In this document: piece after piece, positions 22,480 to 31,817 of the stretch
Position numbering within the stretch: position 1 is the stretch's first letter
Layout: each line of letters opens with the position of its first letter
Source of the DNA: Verrucomicrobiia bacterium
Lineage (GTDB): Bacteria; Verrucomicrobiota; Verrucomicrobiia; Limisphaerales; UBA1319
Reading direction: 5' to 3'
Length of the DNA: 64,000 bases
Assembly (NCBI GenBank): GCA_963664225.1
Contig: OY760937.1
Location: forward strand, 3,392,001-3,456,000
Translations under genes and position numbers: made by a program
The notes under the pieces: model-generated
Databases searched by the model: none
What the model saw: the letters and a program-made list of their open reading frames with translations, nothing else
Told to the model about the DNA's origin: nothing

Positions 22480-23283
22480 ATGAATACACGAATTCTGCTG
22501 GTCATCGGATTGTTGACGCTCCCTTTGCTGTCCGCAGCCGCACAGTCGCTGCAGGACCATCCACAGATCAATGTCTCCGGATCCGCAGAAGTGAAAGTCA
22601 CGCCGGATGAAGTGGACATAAACGCGGGCGTGGAAACCCGTCATGAGCGTTTGGATGAGGCCAAGCGGCAAAACGATCAACGGGTTTCCAAGGCACTGGA
22701 GTTCCTCAAGAAAAATGGCGTGAAGGACAAGGACATTCAGACGGATTACATCAACATTGAGCCGGTTTACGATCCGAACGCGGGCGTTGATCCGCGAACC
22801 GGCCTGCCCATACCTGGATTCGACAGGCAAAAATCATTGGTCGAACCCACCTATTATCTGGTGCGCAAGAATATTGGCGTCAAGCTGACCGACATCAGCC
22901 ATTTCGACATGGTGTTAAGCGGCCTGATCGATAATGGGGTGAATCACGTTCACCATATCGACTTTCGGACCACTGAATTGCGCAAACACAAGGACAAAGC
23001 CAGGGCGATGGCCATTCAGGCTGCAAAGGAGAAAGCAGACGCCATGGCCTCGGAGCTTGGCGTAAAGGTGGGAAAACCTTTTAGCATCAACGTCAATGAT
23101 TGGAGCGGGTGGACCGGCTGGTCACCGCAAAACGCCTGGGGATTCGGAGGAGGAGGTGGTGCAAACGCCATGCAGAATGCCTCCCAATCTTACGGTGGCG
23201 GCGCAGGAGAAGCCGGCGCCACTTTCTCAGTGGGACAGATCAGTGTTTCGGCGAATGTGAATGTGTCCTTTCTAATTCAGTAA
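22480..23283 (+). CDS. SIMPL/DUF541 periplasmic protein
   Basis: Signal peptide; INVSGSAEVKVTPD, DIQT, AIQAAKEKA, ISVSANVNVSF. Confidence 0.9.
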   Translation: MNTRILLVIGLLTLPLLSAAAQSLQDHPQINVSGSAEVKVTPDEVDINAGVETRHERLDEAKRQNDQRVSKALEFLKKNGVKDKDIQTDYINIEPVYDPNAGVDPRTGLPIPGFDRQKSLVEPTYYLVRKNIGVKLTDISHFDMVLSGLIDNGVNHVHHIDFRTTELRKHKDKARAMAIQAAKEKADAMASELGVKVGKPFSINVNDWSGWTGWSPQNAWGFGGGGGANAMQNASQSYGGGAGEAGATFSVGQISVSANVNVSFLIQ

Positions 23284-23317
23284 TGACGGGTCTTTAATGG
23301 TGAAAGGACCCACATCA

Positions 23318-23509
23318 ATGCTGAAGTCGTATCTCCTGAAGTTTCTCGTATGGGCCTTGGTCGCAGCGTGCCTTGCACGGTCGATCTATGACTGGGTCTT
23401 TGTGGATAACGGTGTGCAATACTTCACCGGAGACCGTTCGCATATTCTATTGTTATTGGCCAGCGCCTGCGGGGGAGTAATCAACGTTCGATCATGCACC
23501 ACGGCATGA
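23318..23509 (+). CDS. Small hypothetical membrane protein or gene remnant
   Basis: Two hydrophobic stretches; ATGA overlap with the next ORF; no family recognised. Confidence 0.3.
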   Translation: MLKSYLLKFLVWALVAACLARSIYDWVFVDNGVQYFTGDRSHILLLLASACGGVINVRSCTTA

Positions 23510-23787
23510 CTTTTAAAAATGTCACTAAGGGGCGGGTAGGTGAAGGCAGCCCCTATTGTTGTCCATGCTGCGGTTGTCGGACGTTGGATCAGCGAGGAAG
23601 CTTTGAGATTTGCCCGGTTTGTTTTTGGGAGGACGACGGGCAGGATGACCACGATGCCGATGCTGTGCGCGGCGGCCCTAATTCTGACCTCAGCCTGACT
23701 CAGGCACGGAAGAATTACAGAGAATTTGGCGCTTGTGATCGCAAATCACTGGAACACGTCCGCAAGCCGACTTCAGGAGAACTTTGA
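23506..23787 (+). CDS. Cysteine-rich CPCC-domain protein
   Basis: CPCCG..EICPVCFWEDDG..GGPN..LSLTQARKNY..FGAC. Confidence 0.88.
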   Translation: MTFKNVTKGRVGEGSPYCCPCCGCRTLDQRGSFEICPVCFWEDDGQDDHDADAVRGGPNSDLSLTQARKNYREFGACDRKSLEHVRKPTSGEL

Positions 23788-23877
23788 GTCACTGTTGTGC
23801 GGATAAAGGATCATGAGAGAGTCCGAATACAACCCGCTTAACAATAACGGGTGACAGTGGCCGCTGAGCCAAAGCAT

Positions 23878-24258
23878 ATGCTTAAAGACGAAGAGGTGAT
23901 TCTGGGGATGGAACGCGCGGCGCTCGACCGGTGGGGCAATGGCGATCCATCGGGATTTCTGGAGATTTGCGCGCCTGATGTGGTTTATTTCGATAACACC
24001 CTGGAGCGGCGTCTGGACGGGCTCGACGCGTTGACTGCCCACTATGGTCCGGTGCGAGGGAAGGTTTTCCTGGAACGTTACGAATTGCTCAATCCCAAGG
24101 TGCAGTTGTGCGGTGACGCCGCCGTGCTCACCTTTAATTTCGTCGGTTACGCCCAGGGCGGATCGAGCCGTTGGAACTGTACGGAAGTGTATCGACGGGC
24201 AGAGGGGGAATGGCGCATTATTCAAACCCACTGGTCTGTCATGCAACATGCACTATGA
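23878..24258 (+). CDS. NTF2-like/DUF4440 (SnoaL-fold) protein
   Basis: ALDRW..GD..APDVVYFD..TEVYRR..GEWRIIQTHWS. Confidence 0.85.
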   Translation: MLKDEEVILGMERAALDRWGNGDPSGFLEICAPDVVYFDNTLERRLDGLDALTAHYGPVRGKVFLERYELLNPKVQLCGDAAVLTFNFVGYAQGGSSRWNCTEVYRRAEGEWRIIQTHWSVMQHAL

Positions 24259-24309
24259 AGCCGCGCGAATGAGCCGAACCCCCAGGTTTTGGTCCATTTA
24301 GTAAAAACC

Positions 24310-24672
24310 ATGCCCACACCAATTTATCTTATCTTCGCCGCTCCTGCAGCCGCCTGGCTCATGGGCGTCATTGCATGCCTGTTCGCATTGCGTTGGAGCA
24401 TCGCTGCGGTGCCACGGCGATTTTGGGCTGCAATCGTCGTCTCCGCCATGGCCATTGTCATCGGCTATGTCGGCCTCACGCGGTACAAATTGAGCTATTC
24501 CAAAAACTCCTCTGACGGTACGCATTGGAGCATCAACTCCAAATGGTTTTTCATTTCGCTGATCATTCTCGGCGCAGTTACGCTCGGACTCGCGCTTTGG
24601 AGGCGGTCACGTCCCCGCCAGATACCACCCATTCAAATAGATAATCCTACGGCTCGTACACGAGCACTTTGA
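24310..24672 (+). CDS. Hypothetical three-TM membrane protein
   Basis: Three hydrophobic helices; overlaps the 3' end of the convergent gene by 26 bp. Confidence 0.55.
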   Translation: MPTPIYLIFAAPAAAWLMGVIACLFALRWSIAAVPRRFWAAIVVSAMAIVIGYVGLTRYKLSYSKNSSDGTHWSINSKWFFISLIILGAVTLGLALWRRSRPRQIPPIQIDNPTARTRAL

Positions 24673-25699
24673 AACTGCCGACAACCGCCTTCGGACGTTG
24701 GCGCGGCCCCCCGGCGGCTTGTTCAGGCGCTGGTTCAAACTTCGCGGAGGAGAGATAAATCCGGTGCGTTTTTGGGTCGAGCGTCATGGTCCGCGCCCCG
24801 CGTTCGGTCGTCAATGTCTGCACGACCTTCAATTCGTCGGGCGTGGCCGCCTCGGCAATGGTCACATTGCCTTCGCCATTGGAGCTGAATGCCAGCTTCG
24901 TTTCGGGATCGAACGCGGTGGCATCGGCGCCGTCCCCGATGGGAACCGTGGTGACTACCTTGCCATTCGTGTTGTCCATCATCACCATGAATTTATTGCC
25001 GCACACGATGAACAGCCGCTGATTGGGCACGTCGATCGCCATGCCGGAGGCCTCTTCGCCCGGCGCAATGGGCCAGGTGTTCACGACCTGGTGCGTCTTT
25101 GTGTCGATGACCGCAACCTCGTTCTTGTCCTCGATGTTCACATAGACCCGTCCGGCCTTCGTGTCGGTCGTGGAGAATTCCGGTTTGCCGCTCAAGGGAA
25201 TCGTCGCCACCACTTTGCCCGTGGCCGCCTCAAACACTGTCGCGGACTTGCCGCGCCCGTTGAACGTGTAAACCTCCTGTTGTCCCGGCTCGTAGAGAAT
25301 CGCGTCCGGATTCGCGCCAGTGGATACTTTGGAGAGGGTCTTCAAGGTCTTCAGATCCACGATGCTTGCCTTCGACTCCTGGCCGTTGCTGGCAAACCCG
25401 CGCTGAAGTTCGGGCGCGATGGCAAAACCGTGAACGCCCGGAGTGTCGGTGACTTCGCCCACGACTTCGTTTTTGTCCAGATCGATGACGACCACCTTCG
25501 TCGCATGTGATACATACAGGCGGCGTGCCGCGGCATCGACTGAGAGATAGTCCCATCCCCCGTCAGCGCCGACGGGGATTTCCTTGAACAAATGATATTT
25601 CACTTCTGCGGCACCAGCCGGAATGGCCGCAAGTAGGAGAGTGCCCAGGGTGATAACGCCGAGCAGAGGGCGAAAATTCCGTTGGATTAAAGTAGTCAT
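24647..25699 (-). CDS. YncE-family secreted beta-propeller protein
   Basis: Signal peptide; GGWDYL..RRLYVSH, repeated blades, GARTMTLDPKTHRIY. Confidence 0.9.
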   Translation of the reverse strand: MTTLIQRNFRPLLGVITLGTLLLAAIPAGAAEVKYHLFKEIPVGADGGWDYLSVDAAARRLYVSHATKVVVIDLDKNEVVGEVTDTPGVHGFAIAPELQRGFASNGQESKASIVDLKTLKTLSKVSTGANPDAILYEPGQQEVYTFNGRGKSATVFEAATGKVVATIPLSGKPEFSTTDTKAGRVYVNIEDKNEVAVIDTKTHQVVNTWPIAPGEEASGMAIDVPNQRLFIVCGNKFMVMMDNTNGKVVTTVPIGDGADATAFDPETKLAFSSNGEGNVTIAEAATPDELKVVQTLTTERGARTMTLDPKTHRIYLSSAKFEPAPEQAAGGPRQRPKAVVGSFKVLVYEP

Positions 25700-25905
25700 G
25701 TTTGGACGGTATGCCTCCGCGAGGATTTTGCAACTGCATCAAAACTTCCGAATGGCGATGGCGAAGGAGCGTGGCGGTCAGGAACGGCGGGCTGATTCAA
25801 TTACATTGCGGCACTCACCAGAGTGGCCGTTGCGGATGGGAGGATTCACTGCACCTACTCCGACGCTCATGCCATTGACTCATGCGAAATCGTGGACAGG
25901 CCCAC

Positions 25906-27432
25906 TCACGCCGGTCCCGCCTTCTCAATAGCCTCAACCAGGGATTCCATGTTGGCGGTCGGGGCGGCGATATCCACTTTTACGCCCAGGTCGTTGACCA
26001 GCCCGGCGGTTTTGGGGCCGATGGTGGCGATGCGCAGACGCGGGAATTTCCTCCGCAGCTCATGGAGGTTGAATCGTTGGTGGAAGTAATCCAGGTCGAA
26101 GTAGCCCGCAAAGGTCAGCCAGTCGGCGCCCGTATTGGCGAAGCTCGCCGCATCGCCGCGCGGATCCTCGTCATCCACCACGCATTCGTGCACCGGCAGG
26201 TCATCGACAATGGCGCCTGCCTCCCGGAGGCAATCAGGGATGTCCGGCACGACAACAAGTGGCCGCGCCAGCAGGATGCGCCGGCCGTTGGCTCCACCAA
26301 ATGGTGCGAGCACCTCGAGAATCGGCGGGCCTTGATGTTCCGAGGGAATGGCGTCCACGCGCAGTTTCAACTTCTCCAGCTCGATGGCGGTCAGGGGACC
26401 AAACGCGCAGAGGCGCGCATGGCCCAGGTCGCGCCAGTCGCGATTGTATTGGAAGAATTGTTTAAAGAAAAACGCCACGCTCACCTGGTTGCTGAACATG
26501 ATCCAGTCATAGGTATCAAGGCGCGACATGGTTTCGCGAACCCGCTCCGAATCCGGTGGCAGTTTGCATTTCATGCCCGGAATCTCCAGAACCTCTGCGC
26601 CGCGTTCCCGAAGCAGGCCGCAGAGTTCGGGTGACAGTTCGCGCGACAACGTGACCACGATGCGCTGACCCATCAATGTGCGGTGTCCGAACCAGTCGAG
26701 CTTGGACCGGAGTTTGACCACGTCACCAATGATGGTAACCACGGGCGGGCAGAGTTTGGCCTCGGCCGCCTGGGCGGCGATGGTTTCGAGAGTGCCTTCG
26801 ATCACCTCCTGGCGGCTGGTGGTGGCCCAGCGGATCAATGCCGCCGGGGTGTTTCCTGGGCGACCATTGGCCTGGAGCAGGCCGGTGATGCGTTCGAGTT
26901 GCTTGAGCCCCATGAGAACGACGAGGGTGCCGGTCAGGCCGCCCAATGCCTCCCAATTCAGACGGGACTCGATGCGCGCCGGGTCTTCGTGTCCGGTGAT
27001 CACGGTGTAGCTTGAGCAAAAATCGCGATGGGTGAGGGGAATCCCGGCGTAATTTGGACCGGCCTCCACGGAGGAGACGCCGGGAATCACTTCAAAGGGA
27101 ATGCCCGCCTCCACCAGACGCATGGCCTCTTCGCCGCCCCGGGCGAATACGTAAGGATCGCCCGCTTTGAGCCGGACCACGCATTTGCCTTCGCAAGCCT
27201 TGGCGATCAGCGTGGCGTTGAGTTCCTCCTGGGAAACCGCACGGGTTCGGTCGTGTTTACCACCGTAAATGATCTCCGCGCCCGGCGCGGCCCATTGAAG
27301 CAGGGCGGGATTGACCAGGCCGTCGTAGAGAACCACCTGGGCACGCCGCAGCACCTCGGCCCCGCGCAGCGTGAGCAACCCCGTGTCCCCCGGACCGGCC
27401 CCGACCAAATAAACCATTCCCGTATGCTTCAT
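25906..27432 (-). CDS. cobA: Bifunctional uroporphyrinogen-III C-methyltransferase / uroporphyrinogen-III synthase (CobA-HemD)
   Basis: LVGAGPGD..LLTLRG, RLKAGDP..GGEE, PGVSS, AGIPLTHR; divergent HemD C-terminal half (YDWIMFS, IGPKTA). Confidence 0.92.
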   Translation of the reverse strand: MKHTGMVYLVGAGPGDTGLLTLRGAEVLRRAQVVLYDGLVNPALLQWAAPGAEIIYGGKHDRTRAVSQEELNATLIAKACEGKCVVRLKAGDPYVFARGGEEAMRLVEAGIPFEVIPGVSSVEAGPNYAGIPLTHRDFCSSYTVITGHEDPARIESRLNWEALGGLTGTLVVLMGLKQLERITGLLQANGRPGNTPAALIRWATTSRQEVIEGTLETIAAQAAEAKLCPPVVTIIGDVVKLRSKLDWFGHRTLMGQRIVVTLSRELSPELCGLLRERGAEVLEIPGMKCKLPPDSERVRETMSRLDTYDWIMFSNQVSVAFFFKQFFQYNRDWRDLGHARLCAFGPLTAIELEKLKLRVDAIPSEHQGPPILEVLAPFGGANGRRILLARPLVVVPDIPDCLREAGAIVDDLPVHECVVDDEDPRGDAASFANTGADWLTFAGYFDLDYFHQRFNLHELRRKFPRLRIATIGPKTAGLVNDLGVKVDIAAPTANMESLVEAIEKAGPA

Positions 27433-27514
27433 GCAATCTCACTGTAGTCTGGCAATGGGGAAATCTCCACTGGAACCGTATCGGGTCCAAGCACCAGCCG
27501 CAGCAGGGTGGTTT

Positions 27515-28285
27515 TCACATTGGGGCAAGAATGACTTCGATGCCTTTTCCGCGCAACGCGGCCACCAGGTCCGCTGGGGCATTGTTATCGGTAACGATTA
27601 CTTGAATAGGGGTTAAATCGCTCAAAAACGATACGGATTGGCGTCCAAACTTGGTGTGATCGATGCACAGAATCACGCGCCGTGCGGCATGAATCATCGC
27701 TTTCTGTATCTCAATCAGAAGTCCGTGGGAATTGGTCACCCCTTCTGCAGTAATGCCGCCGGCGCTCATAATCGCGACGTCCGCGTGCATTTTGGAGAAG
27801 GCTTCCACCGCCAACGGACCCACCAATACCCCGAGTCGGGGATAGATCACGCCACCGGAGAGAATGATCTCCACCTGGTTGGCCGAGGCGTAGAGATTGG
27901 CCACGGGCAGGGAGTTGGTGATGATTTGTGGCTTTTTGGATTCGAGGTAGCGGGCCACATGATAGACCGTGGTGCCCGCGTCGATAATGACGCTTTGGTT
28001 GGGCGCGATTAACTCCGCGCAGGCGCGGCCAATGGCCTCCTTCTCCGATAATTGATGTGTGTCGCGCGCGGCGAAGGCAAATTCGTCCGAGTGCGGCGCC
28101 ACGATGCGGGCACCACCGTGGGTGCGTCGGGCCTGGCCGCTGGCTTCGAGCACGGCGAGGTCGCGGCGAATGGTGGATGGCGAGGCATCGACCACCGTGG
28201 CCAACTCATCCAGCGAGGCAAATTCGACTTTTTGGAGAAATTCCCCAATCCTCAATTGACGTTCTTCGGCCTGCATGATGCTCAT
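27515..28285 (-). CDS. DeoR/GlpR-family transcriptional regulator of the microcompartment locus
   Basis: STIRRDL..RTHGGA HTH, DAGTT, ITNS, DHTKF; divergent from the BMC operon. Confidence 0.95.
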   Translation of the reverse strand: MSIMQAEERQLRIGEFLQKVEFASLDELATVVDASPSTIRRDLAVLEASGQARRTHGGARIVAPHSDEFAFAARDTHQLSEKEAIGRACAELIAPNQSVIIDAGTTVYHVARYLESKKPQIITNSLPVANLYASANQVEIILSGGVIYPRLGVLVGPLAVEAFSKMHADVAIMSAGGITAEGVTNSHGLLIEIQKAMIHAARRVILCIDHTKFGRQSVSFLSDLTPIQVIVTDNNAPADLVAALRGKGIEVILAPM

Positions 28286-28293
28286 ATTTGGAA

Positions 28294-28349
28294 GATATTG
28301 AAAATATTTGCAAGATTAGTTTGACAATATTTCAAAATATTGGCCAAAT
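28294..28349. promoter_or_regulatory. Divergent promoter/operator region between deoR and the BMC operon
   Basis: Perfect TTGACA at 28321-28326; imperfect inverted repeat atattgaaaatatttgcaa / ttgacaatatttcaaaatat; very AT-rich. Confidence 0.65.
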
Positions 28350-28369
28350 GGAGCTCAACAAAGCAAAAT

Positions 28370-29047
28370 ATGGCGTCCACTCAAGCAATGCCGCAGAGGG
28401 CTGTGATCGAGCACATGGTGCGTCAGGTCGTTTATGAGCGTCTGAATAAACCGCTCCCGCGCACCGCAGCCGCCCCCAATGCCCTGGTGGTGAATGTCAG
28501 CGCGCGTCATTGCCATTTGACCCCGCAGGCGGTGGAGGCGCTGTTTGGCAAGGGCCACACGCTCACTCCCCACAAGATGCTCTATCAGGATGGGCAATTC
28601 GCGGCGAAGGAAACCATCACATTGATCGGGCCTCGGAGCCGGGTCATCTCCAATTTACGCATATTAGGTCCCTGTCGCACCCTTAATCAGGTGGAATTGG
28701 CCTACACGGATGCGATTGCGCTTGGGTTTGAGATTCCGTTGCGCATTTCAGGCGACATTGCCGGAACCCCGGGGTGTATGTTGATGGGGCCGGAAGGCTT
28801 TTTCGAGATGGAGACGGGCGTCATTCGCGCCATGCGCCATGTTCACATGAACTCGCAGGACGCGGCGTTTTACGGTGTGAAAAAAGGGGAGGCGATGCGG
28901 CTCAAGATCGGCGGCCCCTGCGGTATAACGCTGGAGGAGATGCTGGTGCGCGTGGATGAAAGCTTCAAGCTCGAGGTCCATATTGACACGGATGAAGGCA
29001 ACGCGTGCAACCTTCGCCCCGAGACGCCGTGCGAACTGGTGAAGTAA
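28370..29047 (+). CDS. pduL: PduL-type phosphotransacylase with N-terminal encapsulation peptide
   Basis: VSARHCHL, LGPCR..QVEL..TD, RHVHM, HIDTDEGNA; amphipathic VIEHMVRQVVYERL. Confidence 0.95.
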   Translation: MASTQAMPQRAVIEHMVRQVVYERLNKPLPRTAAAPNALVVNVSARHCHLTPQAVEALFGKGHTLTPHKMLYQDGQFAAKETITLIGPRSRVISNLRILGPCRTLNQVELAYTDAIALGFEIPLRISGDIAGTPGCMLMGPEGFFEMETGVIRAMRHVHMNSQDAAFYGVKKGEAMRLKIGGPCGITLEEMLVRVDESFKLEVHIDTDEGNACNLRPETPCELVK

Positions 29048-29102
29048 AGAATTTTCAGGTCCTGGACAAATAACCATTTAATACAAAACGAAGGAACAAA
29101 TC

Positions 29103-29390
29103 ATGAGCGATGCAATCGGAATGATCGAAACCAAGGGCTACATCGGTAGCGTGGAGGCCAGCGATGCGATGGTCAAAGCGGCCAATGTGAGCCTGGTCAA
29201 AACCATCCCCATCGGCGGCGGTATGATCACCGTGCTGGTCAAGGGCGATGTGGGCAGTGTGAAGGCGGCCGTGGAAGCGGGCGCGAAGGCGGCGGGCAAG
29301 GTGGGTGAGGTGATCAGCTCCCACATCATTGCGCGGCCCAACGAAGAGCTGCTCAGGGTTTTCATGGATGCCCCCAAGGCGGGCAAATAA
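29103..29390 (+). CDS. BMC-H hexameric shell protein 1
   Basis: [32 protein letters not shown]. Confidence 0.97.
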   Translation: MSDAIGMIETKGYIGSVEASDAMVKAANVSLVKTIPIGGGMITVLVKGDVGSVKAAVEAGAKAAGKVGEVISSHIIARPNEELLRVFMDAPKAGK

Positions 29391-29470
29391 TAAAGGCTCC
29401 GCCAGTGGACGCCCGGGGTGTCCGCGGTGGGGAACACAAACAAACGATTTAAAAGAACGGAACCAATTTT

Positions 29471-29752
29471 ATGGCACAACAAGCAATCGGAATGATCGAA
29501 ACCAAGGGTCTGTGCGCTTTGATCGAAGCGTCGGATGCGGCCTTGAAATCAGCGAATGTCACCTTCTCAGGCTGGGAAAAAGTGGGCAGCGGCTATGTGA
29601 CCGCGTTTTTCCGCGGCGACGTCGCGGCGGTCAAGGCGGCCACGGACGCGGGTGCGGCGGCGGCCTCCCAGGTGGGCCAGGTGATCAGCGTGCAGGTGAT
29701 TCCCCGCCCCCATGACGACCTCATGGGCCTGGGCAAGTGGCTCCAGAGCTAA
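29471..29752 (+). CDS. BMC-H hexameric shell protein 2
   Basis: [32 protein letters not shown]. Confidence 0.97.
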   Translation: MAQQAIGMIETKGLCALIEASDAALKSANVTFSGWEKVGSGYVTAFFRGDVAAVKAATDAGAAAASQVGQVISVQVIPRPHDDLMGLGKWLQS

Positions 29753-29791
29753 TCGCTGGATGTCCGTTTTGGGACTGGACGCATTTGCGGC

Positions 29792-30979
29792 ATGAAAATA
29801 CTCGTTGCGAATCTCGGTTCGACCTCGCTGAAGTACCGGCTGTTCGATTTTCCGGACGGTCGGGAGCGGATGCTCTGCCGTGGCGGATTCGAGCGGGTGA
29901 CGGATTACGGCGCGGCCATCGAGTCGTGCCTTTCGGAGTTGAAGCAGGGCGGGTGGATTGCGCACGAGCGGGAACTGGCGGCGGTGGGTTTCAAGCCCAT
30001 CATTGCCCGTGGGATTACGGGCTGCGTGCGGATGGATGACAACGTCCTGACCGCGATGGAGGCGTACAACGGGATGGCGCCGGCACACAATCCTCCCTAC
30101 GTGAACGGCGTGCGGATGTTCCGTCTCAAGATGCCGGAGACGCCGATGGTGGGGCTTTTCGAGAACGCGTTCTATCAATGGGCGCCGGAGGCTGCGGTGC
30201 GTTACGCGGTGCCGGAAGACTGGCATGCCATGGGTGTTCGCCGCCAGGGCTACCACGGGGCCAGCCACAAATTCATTGCCGAGAGGACTGCGGAATTGCT
30301 CGGGCGCGAGGATGTTGCGGAACGGGCGCGTCAGCTCTACGTCAATGGCGGCACAAGCCCGGTGCGTTCGCCCCATCTGCGGGTGATCTCCTGCCATTTG
30401 GGCGGCAGTTCCTCCGTGGTGGGCATCCTCAACGGCACTGCGGTTGGAGCGAGCATGGGCATGAGTCCGCAATCGGGCCTGCCCCAAAACAACCGGGTGG
30501 GCGATCTGGATTCTTTCGCGCTGCCTTTTGTCATGCGCCACACCGGCATGACTCTAGAAGAGGCGGAACGGCAAATGTGCAAGGAGTCGGGCCTTAAAGC
30601 CCTTTCCGGCGGACTCAATGACGTTCGCGACATACAGGCCCAGGCGGCTCAGGGCAATGGCGCGGCGAAACTGGCCCTGGATGTCCTGGTGTATCAAGCC
30701 CGGCATTGGATCGGCGCTTTTATGGCGCAGCTCAATGGCATCGACGCCCTGGCATTCACCGCGGGCATAGGCGAGAACGCCCCGGATTTGCGGCAGGCGA
30801 TTTGCGCGGATCTGGACAAGCTGGGCGTGAGCATCGATCCGGAATTGAACAAGGTGCGTGGTCGCGAGGCGGTGATCAGCCCCGCGGGCGCCCCCGTAAA
30901 AGTAATGGTGATACCGGCCAACGAAGAGCTGGTCATCGCCCGTGAAGTGAGAAGATTTTTGACAAGCAACCCCAAGTAA
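29792..30979 (+). CDS. ackA: Acetate/propionate-family acyl kinase (PVM type)
   Basis: NLGSTSLKY, APAHNP, GYHGASH, CHLGG, FTAGIGEN, PANEELVIA. Confidence 0.9.
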   Translation: MKILVANLGSTSLKYRLFDFPDGRERMLCRGGFERVTDYGAAIESCLSELKQGGWIAHERELAAVGFKPIIARGITGCVRMDDNVLTAMEAYNGMAPAHNPPYVNGVRMFRLKMPETPMVGLFENAFYQWAPEAAVRYAVPEDWHAMGVRRQGYHGASHKFIAERTAELLGREDVAERARQLYVNGGTSPVRSPHLRVISCHLGGSSSVVGILNGTAVGASMGMSPQSGLPQNNRVGDLDSFALPFVMRHTGMTLEEAERQMCKESGLKALSGGLNDVRDIQAQAAQGNGAAKLALDVLVYQARHWIGAFMAQLNGIDALAFTAGIGENAPDLRQAICADLDKLGVSIDPELNKVRGREAVISPAGAPVKVMVIPANEELVIAREVRRFLTSNPK

Positions 30980-31000
30980 AACATTAGTAAAAACTGATTT

Positions 31001-31291
31001 ATGGCACATCAAGCAATTGGATTATTGGAAACACGCGGCCTTGTGGCCCTGGTGGAAGGAACTGACGCGATGCTCAAGGCCGCCAATGTGGAATTGGCCG
31101 GACCCATGACCCAGGTGGGTAACGCCCTCGTTACCGCCGTGGTGGTTGGCGACGTGGCTGCCGTCAAGGCCGCAACGGATGCCGGCGCGCAGGCGGTCAA
31201 GGCCATCGGCGGCGATCTCGTCAGCGTGCATGTCATCGCCCGCCCTCACCAGGACGTCGATGTCGTGCTGCCCAAAAAAGCCGGCAAGTAG
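31001..31291 (+). CDS. BMC-H hexameric shell protein 3
   Basis: [32 protein letters not shown]. Confidence 0.97.
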   Translation: MAHQAIGLLETRGLVALVEGTDAMLKAANVELAGPMTQVGNALVTAVVVGDVAAVKAATDAGAQAVKAIGGDLVSVHVIARPHQDVDVVLPKKAGK

Positions 31292-31453
31292 GATTTGGCT
31301 TGGTTCATGCCGCGGCGCCGGAGGCTCAATCACCCCGGCGATGCAGCGGATAACACACGGCGGTCTTGATCGAACCGGCCAGGTCTTGAGGAGTTCTGCA
31401 GTTCATGCAGGGCTCCGCCTGCGGTTCACAAACCCCCAACAACCGGGAACATT

Positions 31454-31771
31454 ATGTTTTTAGCCAAAGTCGAAGGCTCAGTGGTGGCGACCAAGAAGGA
31501 CGCCGGTCTGGCCGGACGCAAGCTCCTGATCATCCGCCCGCAACTGGTGGATGACAAGAACCCCACCCAATTCAAGGCGGGTGTGAACACGGTGGTCGCG
31601 GTGGACAGCGTGGGGGCGGGCATCGGGGAACTGGTGCTTTTCTGCCAGGGCAGTTCGGCGCGCCTCGCGCCCAATCTCAAGGAAGCGCCCGTGGACGCCG
31701 TCATTGTCGGCATCGTGGACGAGGTGGATGTGCTGGGAAAACAAATTTTCAGCGCCCGGACCAGCGTGTGA
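31454..31771 (+). CDS. BMC-P pentameric vertex protein (EutN/CcmL family) 1
   Basis: AKVEGSVVATKKD..VAVDSVGAGIGE..GSSAR..PVDAVIVGIVD. Confidence 0.96.
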   Translation: MFLAKVEGSVVATKKDAGLAGRKLLIIRPQLVDDKNPTQFKAGVNTVVAVDSVGAGIGELVLFCQGSSARLAPNLKEAPVDAVIVGIVDEVDVLGKQIFSARTSV

Positions 31772-31817
31772 GGAACCAGTGGGTGTCGCCGGTAAAAATG
31801 CATTGATAATTTAGTCT

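Noticed and set aside
25906..27432. cobA-hemD as part of a B12-dependent microcompartment
   Set aside because: The locus has no B12-dependent signature enzyme (diol dehydratase or ethanolamine ammonia-lyase); adjacency alone is insufficient.
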